Assembly (NCBI GenBank): GCA_036149055.1
Contig: JAYZQJ010000007.1
Span: 64,001-128,000 of the forward strand
Reading direction: 5' to 3'
Origin: Myxococcota bacterium
GTDB lineage: Bacteria > Myxococcota_A > Polyangia > Polyangiales > Sandaracinaceae
DNA length: 64,000 nt
Shown here: piece by piece, positions 56,198-64,000 of the stretch
Numbering within the stretch: the stretch's first letter is position 1
How the letters are laid out: the number at the start of each line of letters is the position of its first letter
Made by a program: the position numbers and the translations under genes
Notes under the pieces: model-generated
Told to the model about the DNA's origin: nothing
Databases searched by the model: none
Seen by the model: the letters and a program-made list of their open reading frames with translations, nothing else

Positions 56198-57496
56198 ATG
56201 CCGGGGGAGCCGCAGACGGAGCTCGACGCGGCCTGGGCCGCCTTCGTCGCGGGCCAGCGGGAGGTCGCGATCCGGCGATGCGTCGCGCTGCTCGAGGCGT
56301 CGCCGGGTCAGCTGGGCGCGGCGCTGCTGCTCACCGAGTTGCTGGCCGAGGCGCGGCCCGACGCGGTGAAGGCGACCGGGGAGCGGCTCGTGTCCGCGTT
56401 CATCGCGCGCGGAGACCTCCCTCGCGCCGTCGTCGCAGCCCGCACCCTGCCCGGCGCCGCCGCCACCAAGGCGATCCGGGCGATCGCGGTCGCGTTCGGC
56501 AAGGGCTCGAAGCGCGTCGCCGACGTGGCCCCGGCGCCTCCGCCGCTGCCCGCGGAGACGGCGGACGCCGACGGCCCCGACGTCAGCGGCGAGGCGCTCC
56601 TCGATCGCGCGGCCGAGGCGCTCCGCACCCTCGACGTGGGCGAGCTCGATCCGGCCGCCAAGATCCCGCTGCTCCCGCTCTTCGGCGCGCTCTCGCCGCC
56701 GGCCCTGGAGCAGCTGCTCTCGGTCTGGGAGCTGCGCACCCTCGCGGAGGGCGAGGCGGCGATCCACGAGGGCACCGAGGGCCGGGACGCCTTCGTCGTG
56801 GTCCGCGGCCACCTCCGCGCCGAGCGGGGCGAGGGCGACGACGCGCTGACCCTGGCCGAGCTCGGGCCCGGCGCGCTCTTCGGCGAGATGGCGCTCGTCA
56901 GCGAGTCGCCGCGCGCGGCCTCGGTCATCGCCGCCGAGCCGGTGCAGCTCCTGGCCGCCAGTCGCGAGGCGCTCGAGAAGCTCGCCGCCAAGACGCCGGT
57001 CATCGGCCAGCAGCTCTCGGAGTTCTGCCGGGCCCGCATGGTGTCGAACCTCGTGCGCCACAGCCCGATCCTCGCCGCGGTGGGCGCGTCCGAGCGCGCC
57101 GCCCTGATGCGCCGCTTCGAGACCCGCCGCTTCAAGCCGGGCGAGCACCTCATCACCTTCGAGCAGGAGCCCGAGGGGCTGTTCCTGGTGGCGAGCGGCG
57201 CCGTCGACGTCGTCGGCCGCGACGCCGACGGGGACGCCCTGAAGGTCGCCGAGCTCGGCCCGGGCGACGTGGTCGGCGAGATCAGCCTCGTGCTCCGCCG
57301 CCCCGCCACCGCCGACGTCGTCGCCACCCACCAGACGGTCGCGCTCGAGCTCGCCGCGGAGCAATTCCGCGAGGCGATCCGCGAACATCCCTCCCTCCTC
57401 GGTGAACTCTACGAGCTCGCCACGAAACGAGAGGACGAGATGAGGACCGTCGTCGCCCAAGAAGCCCTCGACGTCGAAGAGGTGGTGCTCCTGTGA
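56198..57496 (+). CDS. Protein with two cyclic-nucleotide-binding domains and a helical N-terminus
   Basis: LGPGALFGEMAL..PRAASV; LGPGDVVGEISL..PATADV. Confidence 0.9.
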   Translation: MPGEPQTELDAAWAAFVAGQREVAIRRCVALLEASPGQLGAALLLTELLAEARPDAVKATGERLVSAFIARGDLPRAVVAARTLPGAAATKAIRAIAVAFGKGSKRVADVAPAPPPLPAETADADGPDVSGEALLDRAAEALRTLDVGELDPAAKIPLLPLFGALSPPALEQLLSVWELRTLAEGEAAIHEGTEGRDAFVVVRGHLRAERGEGDDALTLAELGPGALFGEMALVSESPRAASVIAAEPVQLLAASREALEKLAAKTPVIGQQLSEFCRARMVSNLVRHSPILAAVGASERAALMRRFETRRFKPGEHLITFEQEPEGLFLVASGAVDVVGRDADGDALKVAELGPGDVVGEISLVLRRPATADVVATHQTVALELAAEQFREAIREHPSLLGELYELATKREDEMRTVVAQEALDVEEVVLL

Positions 57497-58347
57497 TGCC
57501 GTCTCCCGTGCATCGCGCGCCATCGGAGGGTCAGCCGCTGCGCTTCGTCTTCGCTGGCGTCGCGTTCGACGTGCACCCCGCGCCCGGCCTCGAGGTCGAG
57601 GCGCCGACGCCGCTGCGCGACTTCGCGATGCCCTACGACGTGGCGCCGGTGAGCGCCCACGTGCGCTGCGCGATCCAGGGCGGCGCCGCGCCGGGCGCCC
57701 CGGGCCGTCGGGTCGACTGGCGATGGGACTCCGCGTCCTGCTCGATCTCGGCCGCGAGCTGTCGCGCCACGGTGACCCGCTCGGTGCCCGGTCACTACGC
57801 CGCCAGCCTCAGCCTCGGCGACAACCCATGGGCGCTCTCCGACGGCTTGCAGGGCGTCGCCGCCGCCGCGGTGTGTCGCGAGGGCGGTCTCATCCTTCAC
57901 GCCACGGGCGTGCTCTTCGAGGGGCGCGCAGTGCTCTTCCTCGGCCCCTCGGGCGCGGGCAAGTCCACGGCCGCGAGCCTCTGCGCGGGCGCTCGCGCGT
58001 TCGCCTTCGACCGCGCCGCGGTCTACTCGACGTCGGACGGCTGGTACGCGGTCGGGCTGCCGGGGGGAGACCCGGTCGCGCTCGAGAGCGCTCCGGCGCG
58101 GCCCCATCCCGTCGGCGCCCTCCTCCGGGTGGTCCAGCGCGACGCGGTCGCCGTGCGCCGCGCCGGGACCCTGGACGCGCTCACGCTGCTCCGCGAGTCG
58201 GCCCAGGCGCCGGGCACGCACGAAGACGAGGCGCGCTGCCTCGATGCGGTGACCCGGCTCGCGTCCGAGGTGCCGTGCGGCTTCGTCGAGACCGCGCTCG
58301 GCCACGATCTGGGGGCGGCGCTCCGCTCCATCTCGTCGGGGAGCTGA
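57496..58347 (+). CDS. HprK-related P-loop kinase
   Basis: GGLILHATGV..AVLFLGPSGAGKST. Confidence 0.75.
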   Translation: MPSPVHRAPSEGQPLRFVFAGVAFDVHPAPGLEVEAPTPLRDFAMPYDVAPVSAHVRCAIQGGAAPGAPGRRVDWRWDSASCSISAASCRATVTRSVPGHYAASLSLGDNPWALSDGLQGVAAAAVCREGGLILHATGVLFEGRAVLFLGPSGAGKSTAASLCAGARAFAFDRAAVYSTSDGWYAVGLPGGDPVALESAPARPHPVGALLRVVQRDAVAVRRAGTLDALTLLRESAQAPGTHEDEARCLDAVTRLASEVPCGFVETALGHDLGAALRSISSGS

Positions 58348-58348
58348 C

Positions 58349-58636
58349 ATGCCGGTCTCACTCGACACCGTCGTCGCACAGGCAGAGCGGACCGCAGCGC
58401 GGGTGATCGATGGCAAGGCCGTCGTCATCGTCATCGACAAGCAAGAGCTCCACACGCTCAACCCCACCGGCACCTTCATCTGGGAGCGGGCGGAGAGCGC
58501 GCGGTCCGTCTCGGAGCTCGTCGACCAGGTGGTCCGTGAGTTCGAGGTGGACGACGAGACCGCCAGGCGTGACGTGGTCACGTTCGTCGAGCGGCTCGTG
58601 GGCCTCGGCGGGCTGACGGTGGTGGAGGCGAAGTGA
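58349..58636 (+). CDS. PqqD family RiPP recognition element
   Basis: HTLNPTGTFIWE, ELVDQVVREFEVDDETARRDVVTFVERL. Confidence 0.92.
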   Translation: MPVSLDTVVAQAERTAARVIDGKAVVIVIDKQELHTLNPTGTFIWERAESARSVSELVDQVVREFEVDDETARRDVVTFVERLVGLGGLTVVEAK

Positions 58637-59937
58637 GCGTCGACTTCCGTCGCAAGGCGAGCGTCGCGACGGTCCTCGCGGGCCTCCGTCTCGACCCCCA
58701 CGCGCCGATGAGCGCGATGGTCGAGATCGCCGACCGGTGCAACGAAAAGTGCGTCCACTGCTATCAGGTGCAGGGGCAGAAGGGCGAGCTCGACACCGAA
58801 GAGTGGAAGGCCATCTTCGACGAGCTCGCCGAGATGGGGGTGATCCTCCTGACCCTCTCGGGCGGCGAGGCCACGCTGCGCCACGACTTCCTCGAGCTGG
58901 TCGCCCACGCGCGAAAGCTCCGCTTCTCGGTGAAGCTGTTCACCAACGGGCTCAACATGACGCCCGAGCTCGCCCGCTCGCTCTCCGAGCTGGCGGTGCA
59001 GGACATCCAGATCAGCCTCTACTCGACCCGCGCGGAGGTGCACGACTGGGTGACCAACGTGCCCGGGTCGTGGCAGCGCACGGTCGATGGCGTGCGGCAC
59101 CTGGTGGCGGAGGGCCTGAGCGTCACGATCAAGTCGCCCGTCATGAGCTTCAACGCCGACGAGGTGGACGATTACATCTCGCTCGCCGAGTCGCTCGGTG
59201 CGGGCTTCATGCTCGATCCGAACCTCGACGGGACCGAAGAGGGGAGCGCCGAGCCGCAGCAGTTCGGCATCGACGACGAGACGTACCTGCGCCTCCGGAG
59301 CCACCCGGCGCTCGTCACTCCGGTGAAGGGCGACGCCGCGCCCCCGAAGCAGCTCGAGCGATCCGTCTGCGGCGCTTGCAGCGGGCACGTCCACGTCGAG
59401 GCGAACGGCGAGATGCGTCCCTGCACGATGCTCGACGTCCCGGTGGGCGACGCCCGGCGCTCGGTCCGGAGCGCGTGGGCGGAGAACGCGCAGGGGCGCG
59501 CCATCCGCGAGCTGACCTGGAACGACCTCCATGGGTGTCGCGATTGCGACCTCCAGCCCCGCTGCGGGCGCTGCTTCGCGAGCGCGCGGCTCGAGGGCGG
59601 CGACGCGCTGGGGCCCTATCCCGGCGCCTGCCGCCGCGCCAAGCTGCATCATCAGCTCGCGACGGGGAGTGAGCCGATCATCGACGATCCGTCGGGGCTC
59701 GGAGTGGAGACCGGGCCGTACCGACGGATCGCCGGCGACCGCTTCGAGCGCATCCCGGACCGCGTGCTCCCGACCGACGACGCGAAGGCGCGAGAGCTGA
59801 GCTGGACGCGCGGGGCGCGGACGGCGACCGCGCCGCAGCTGATCCGGCCGGGAGACCTCGTTCGAATTCGGCGCCCCGGGGCTAAGAAGTCGAAACTCGA
59901 GGCCGTACCGCCCCGGCATGAAGCGACGCCCGATTGA
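58633..59937 (+). CDS. Radical SAM/SPASM protein
   Basis: CNEKCVHC, SGGE, TNG; CGAC..GEMRPC; CRDCDLQPRCGRC...C. Confidence 0.95.
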   Translation: MSVDFRRKASVATVLAGLRLDPHAPMSAMVEIADRCNEKCVHCYQVQGQKGELDTEEWKAIFDELAEMGVILLTLSGGEATLRHDFLELVAHARKLRFSVKLFTNGLNMTPELARSLSELAVQDIQISLYSTRAEVHDWVTNVPGSWQRTVDGVRHLVAEGLSVTIKSPVMSFNADEVDDYISLAESLGAGFMLDPNLDGTEEGSAEPQQFGIDDETYLRLRSHPALVTPVKGDAAPPKQLERSVCGACSGHVHVEANGEMRPCTMLDVPVGDARRSVRSAWAENAQGRAIRELTWNDLHGCRDCDLQPRCGRCFASARLEGGDALGPYPGACRRAKLHHQLATGSEPIIDDPSGLGVETGPYRRIAGDRFERIPDRVLPTDDAKARELSWTRGARTATAPQLIRPGDLVRIRRPGAKKSKLEAVPPRHEATPD

Positions 59938-60019
59938 TTGCAGCGGCAGGTCTCATCAGTATATGAGCAACGAGCTTGAATTGGTGCCGCCCGGCGGCGC
60001 ATCCGAGGGGAGGAAGCCT

Positions 60020-63000
60020 GTGTCCGTTCATCAGAAGCTGTTCTTGGTGCCGCTGGCGTTGTCGCTGGCGTTGGCCAGTGGCTGCGAGTGCGATCCGGTG
60101 ACCGAGGCGTCGATCACCCTCACCGCGCCGGCCGACGGAACCACCCTGACCCTCGCGGACGACACGAACGAGGCCCTCGAGGGCCTGCAGATCGAGGTGA
60201 CCGCCGACATCGTGGGCCTCGGCGCCGGCGACGAGCTCGGGCTCCGCGTGGACGGCGCGACCGCCTCCACCGCGTTCGTCGGCACCGAGACCACCGTGCG
60301 CTTCACCGACGTCACCCTCAGCTCGGGCAGCCACACCCTCCAGGCTTTCAGCGTGGTCGGCGGGGTCACCTCGCAGGAGGTGATGGTCACCGTCAACGCG
60401 GACTGCTTCGCGGTGAACATCGTGACCCCCGAGCCGGGGGGCGACGTGACCACCCTGGGCCCGGCCGACGACACCGACGGTGAGATGTGTGAAGGAACCT
60501 TCGAGACCACGGTGGTGGCGTCGACCGGCGCCCCCGATGGCAGCGAGGCGCGCGTGTACGTCAACGGCACGCCGCGGCGCACCGCCCGCGTGATGGGCGG
60601 CGCGGTGCGCTTCGAGGGCGTCGCGTTCGACAACCGCGGCCCGACCCCCAACACCCTGCGCGTCGAGGTCTCGGATCCCGACGGGCTGACCTGTGACACG
60701 ACCTTCGGCACCGACATCCTGGTGGACTGCGACGGAGTCAGCTGCGCGATCACGTTGCCCGATTCGGAGTCTCCGTTCCTGAACGAGAGCGACGACCTCT
60801 ACGCGGCGGACGGATTCCAGACCGACTTCGAGGTCACCACCGACGCGGACGGCGCCGGGCAGCCGGTGCGCCTCATCATCGACGGCGACAGCGTCGGGGC
60901 GCTCACCGCCACCCCGGACGGCCTCGTGGCTCGCTTCACCGAGGTGGAGCTCTCGGAGGGCGTGCACCGGGTGCGCGCGCAGTGCGTCGACGAGGTCGGC
61001 AACGTCTCCTTCTCCGGCACCGCCGAGTGGACCGTGGACGTGACGCCGTGCGGTGTCGCCTTCGTCGAGCCGACCGAGGGCCAGCTCTTCAACACCGACC
61101 TCGACGAGTCGACCCCCGAGTTCGACATCCTCTCCAGCGGCACCGCGGGCGCCGACTGCGTCGGTCTCCGGGTGGGCGCGTGCGGTGGCATCGACGCGCT
61201 TCCCTTCGGCACCGCCTCCGAGACCTGGGAGCAGCCGCTCGCGCTCGCCACGACCGCGATGCAGCAGGTGTGCGTCGAGACGCGCGACGAGGCCGGGAAC
61301 GTCAGCCGCGAGATGGTCGGGATTCGCATCCGGACCGAGGCGCCGCAGCTCGAGATCGCCTCGCCCAGCGCGGGCGCTGGTTACAACGTCATGGGCACCG
61401 CGGGCCGCACCGCCGACCTGGACCCGGGCACGCCGAGCTGTGAGGCGATGGTCGAGGTCTACTGCACCGACCCGGGCGAGATGGTGACCCTCCTCCGCGA
61501 GACGCCCTCGACCGTCATCGGCATGGCGAGCTGCGTGGCCGATGCGGGCGTGCCGGCCCCCTACGCGGGCATCGCCACGTTCACGATGGCCGCGCTCCCG
61601 ACGCAGAGCGACGGGATGCCGTACAACATCCTCGCGCGTCAGGAGGCCGACGGGCTCACCGGCACCTCCTCGCCCATCAGCGTCCGCGCCGACTGCGACG
61701 CGCCCAACCTCACGGTCACGCGGCCCATGTGCGGCGCGATGCTGCGCCCGGCGACGCAGGACGAGGACATGTCCACGCCCGGGTTCCAGTACCGGACCAA
61801 CGTCGCCTACACGAACGGGCGCATGGGCGACAGCGTCGTGCTCGAGATCCGGCCGACCGGCGGCGGCGCGCCCGTCTCGCCTCCGATCATGCGCACCTTC
61901 ACGTCGTCGCCGCTCGTGTTCAACGGCGTCGACTACGCGTCCGGCGGCATGCTCGACATCATCGCGACCGCGACCGACAGCGGCGGCAACGTCGCCTCGA
62001 ACCCGACCTGCTCGGTCACGGTCGAGGATCTGCCGACGGTGACCCTCACCGCGCCGATGGACGGCGAGGTGCTGTCGACGGGCGACGACTGCGACGGCGG
62101 CGCGGCCGGCCTGCAGGTCCGCGTGCAGGGCACGACCGATTCGCCGGCCGGCTCCACCGTCGCCGTCGTCATCGGCGGCAGCACCACGATGGGCACCGTC
62201 GGCTCCGGCGGCGCGATCGACGAGTGCGTGTCCATCTCGGACGGGAGCCGCACGATCCGGGTCGAGGTCACCGACACGCGGGGCACGGGCTCCGCGAGCG
62301 TGGCGGTCACGGTCGACACGATGCCCCCGACCACGGCCATCGACGACCTGTCGGCGACGGTCACCGACCGTCGAGGCGGCCTCGTTCGCCTCGACTGGAC
62401 GGCGGTCGCGGACGCGGGCGGCGGTGACCTCACCGCGTACGAGCTGCGCTGCGCGGCGGCTCCCATCACGTCCGAGGCGGACTGGACCGCGGCGACGCCC
62501 GTCCCGGTGATGTCCGTGCCCGGCTCCGGGGGCTCGAGCGAGACCGAGGTGGTCGGCGGCTTCCGGCCCGGCGTCACCCGGAACTGCGCCCTCCGTGGCG
62601 AGGACCCGACGGGCGCGATGACGCCGCTGCCGGCGTCGAGCACCACGATCACCGTGTCGTTCCTCCAGCAGGAGGTGACCAGCGGCACCCCGACGGCCAG
62701 CCGCTTCGGTGTCGACGTGGCCGCGGTCGGCGACGTCAACGGCGACGGCATCGACGACGTGCTCGTCGGTGGCCAGGGCGAGGCCTTCCTCTACTTCGGC
62801 TCGGCGACGGGGCTCGGGGCCACCGCGAGCGTCTCGTTCCCGGCCGCGGGCGGCAGCCTCAGCCACGGCCGCGAGGTCGCGGGCCTCGGCGACTTCAACG
62901 GCGACGGTCGCCCGGACTTCGCCATCACCGACCGTGAGCTCACCGTGGGCGGCGAGTCGTTCCAGGGCGCGGTCTACGTGTTCTTCGGACGCCCGAGCAC

Positions 63001-64000
63001 GACCCCCTGGCCGAGCACCGTGGCCACCGGGGCCACCGGACCGGGTCCCTTCGTCTGCAGCGGCGCCGACCTCTGCTTCGTCGGCGACGACGGAGTGCCC
63101 GGCTCGGGAGCCGACACGTTCGGGCTCCTCGGCTGGTCGGTCGCCCCGGCGGGTGACTTCGACGGCGACGGCTTCATGGACCTCGCGATCGGCGCGCCCT
63201 TCGCGGGGGGCTCCGGCCGCGCCTACATCCTGCTCGGCGACAGCTCCTTCACCTCGGGCTCGGCCATCTCCGTGCCCGGCACCGGGAGCGGTCCGCAGGG
63301 CTTCTTCGTCCAGGCCACCGGCGCGATGTACTCGCAGCTCGGCAACGTGGTCGAGACGCTCGGCGGCGACCTCGGCGCCGACATGCGGCAGGACATCCTC
63401 ATCGGCGCGGCGGGCCGCACCGGCGGCAGCCCGATCCCGGCGGCGGTCCTCTTCCTCGGTGGGCGTGCCCACGCGGGCGGCGGCCTCACCAGCATCGCTC
63501 CGGCCGGCCTCCAGGTCCTCGGCACCGGCCAGGCGAACTCCTTCGGGATCGCCATGTCGGGCGCCGGTGACATCAACGGCGACGGCATCCTGGACGCCCT
63601 CGTGTACGAGAACGCGCTCAACAACCGCGGGCAGGTCACTGCCTACCTCGGCAGCGCGACCGGGTTCACGGGCGCGACCACCTTCACCTACACGAACGAC
63701 ACGCCGGGCCCGAGCAACGACCGCTTCGGCCGCTTCATGAGCATCGGGCGTCACCCGGCGTTGATGCTGCTGTCGGACATCGATGGAGACCGCGTCTCGG
63801 ACGTGGTACTCGGGTCGGTGGAGAGCGAAACGATGCCCGGCACCAGCGCCCTCTTCTACCGCTCCATGTCCTCCTCCTCTCAGGTCCGGTCCGCTCGTGA
63901 CGTGCAATTCGGCTCCGCGAGCACCACGGCGGCGACCGACGGTTTCCGACCGACGTTCGTCGGTGACGTGAACGGGGACGGCGCCGCGGACATCGCAATC
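60020..64000 (+). CDS. Giant surface lipoprotein: Ig-like repeats, FN3-like domain, FG-GAP/VCBS repeats (truncated by window edge)
   Basis: Not in ORF track; GGAGG RBS, VSVHQKLFLVPLALSLALASG-C lipobox; GDVNGDGIDD, GDFNGDGRPD, GDINGDGILD; same frame at 64000. Confidence 0.88.
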   Translation, partial: MSVHQKLFLVPLALSLALASGCECDPVTEASITLTAPADGTTLTLADDTNEALEGLQIEVTADIVGLGAGDELGLRVDGATASTAFVGTETTVRFTDVTLSSGSHTLQAFSVVGGVTSQEVMVTVNADCFAVNIVTPEPGGDVTTLGPADDTDGEMCEGTFETTVVASTGAPDGSEARVYVNGTPRRTARVMGGAVRFEGVAFDNRGPTPNTLRVEVSDPDGLTCDTTFGTDILVDCDGVSCAITLPDSESPFLNESDDLYAADGFQTDFEVTTDADGAGQPVRLIIDGDSVGALTATPDGLVARFTEVELSEGVHRVRAQCVDEVGNVSFSGTAEWTVDVTPCGVAFVEPTEGQLFNTDLDESTPEFDILSSGTAGADCVGLRVGACGGIDALPFGTASETWEQPLALATTAMQQVCVETRDEAGNVSREMVGIRIRTEAPQLEIASPSAGAGYNVMGTAGRTADLDPGTPSCEAMVEVYCTDPGEMVTLLRETPSTVIGMASCVADAGVPAPYAGIATFTMAALPTQSDGMPYNILARQEADGLTGTSSPISVRADCDAPNLTVTRPMCGAMLRPATQDEDMSTPGFQYRTNVAYTNGRMGDSVVLEIRPTGGGAPVSPPIMRTFTSSPLVFNGVDYASGGMLDIIATATDSGGNVASNPTCSVTVEDLPTVTLTAPMDGEVLSTGDDCDGGAAGLQVRVQGTTDSPAGSTVAVVIGGSTTMGTVGSGGAIDECVSISDGSRTIRVEVTDTRGTGSASVAVTVDTMPPTTAIDDLSATVTDRRGGLVRLDWTAVADAGGGDLTAYELRCAAAPITSEADWTAATPVPVMSVPGSGGSSETEVVGGFRPGVTRNCALRGEDPTGAMTPLPASSTTITVSFLQQEVTSGTPTASRFGVDVAAVGDVNGDGIDDVLVGGQGEAFLYFGSATGLGATASVSFPAAGGSLSHGREVAGLGDFNGDGRPDFAITDRELTVGGESFQGAVYVFFGRPSTTPWPSTVATGATGPGPFVCSGADLCFVGDDGVPGSGADTFGLLGWSVAPAGDFDGDGFMDLAIGAPFAGGSGRAYILLGDSSFTSGSAISVPGTGSGPQGFFVQATGAMYSQLGNVVETLGGDLGADMRQDILIGAAGRTGGSPIPAAVLFLGGRAHAGGGLTSIAPAGLQVLGTGQANSFGIAMSGAGDINGDGILDALVYENALNNRGQVTAYLGSATGFTGATTFTYTNDTPGPSNDRFGRFMSIGRHPALMLLSDIDGDRVSDVVLGSVESETMPGTSALFYRSMSSSSQVRSARDVQFGSASTTAATDGFRPTFVGDVNGDGAADIAI

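Noticed and set aside
58349..59937. PQQ biosynthesis (pqqD/pqqE)
   Set aside because: No pqqA, pqqB or pqqC; the kinase partner fits other RRE cassettes.
59963..60019. Separate precursor peptide for the rSAM
   Set aside because: ATG 59963 has no stop before the giant gene, reads in frame into it, and overlaps the -10 candidate.
59882..63907. 1341-aa minus-strand ORF
   Set aside because: Antisense shadow of the real plus-strand lipoprotein, which has an RBS, lipobox and FG-GAP motifs.

Overview
Very GC-rich, gene-dense chromosomal window. MYXO-CTERM tails, TIGR02266 PilZ, DUF4215 repeats, kinase-STAND-TPR proteins and many lipoproteins point to a myxobacterium (Polyangiales/Sandaracinaceae-like; inference). 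I count about 50 CDS and saw no rRNA, tRNA, CRISPR array or transposase. Main blocks: (1) tonB-exbB-exbD-exbD-TonB-dependent receptor operon behind a canonical-geometry Pho-box promoter; (2) ECF-sigma/zinc-finger anti-sigma fusion divergent from a Ser/Thr kinase and a LysM protein; (3) divergent locus around a Fur-like palindrome with two MYXO-CTERM proteases, HmuY, a triple-HmuY protein, a TonB receptor and a Kelch lipoprotein (putative proteolytic heme-scavenging system); (4) housekeeping genes (lgt, aroE, xseA, folK with an archease-like tail, rhomboid, DinG); (5) two large kinase-STAND-TPR proteins, one directly followed by a patatin; (6) a tightly coupled cNMP-binding / HprK-like kinase / PqqD-RRE / radical SAM-SPASM cassette with no visible precursor peptide, between a Cys-rich lipoprotein and a giant Ig/FN3/FG-GAP lipoprotein that runs off the right edge. 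Blocks 3 and 6 are the best candidates for undescribed systems. All family calls come from reading motifs by eye; no searches were run.
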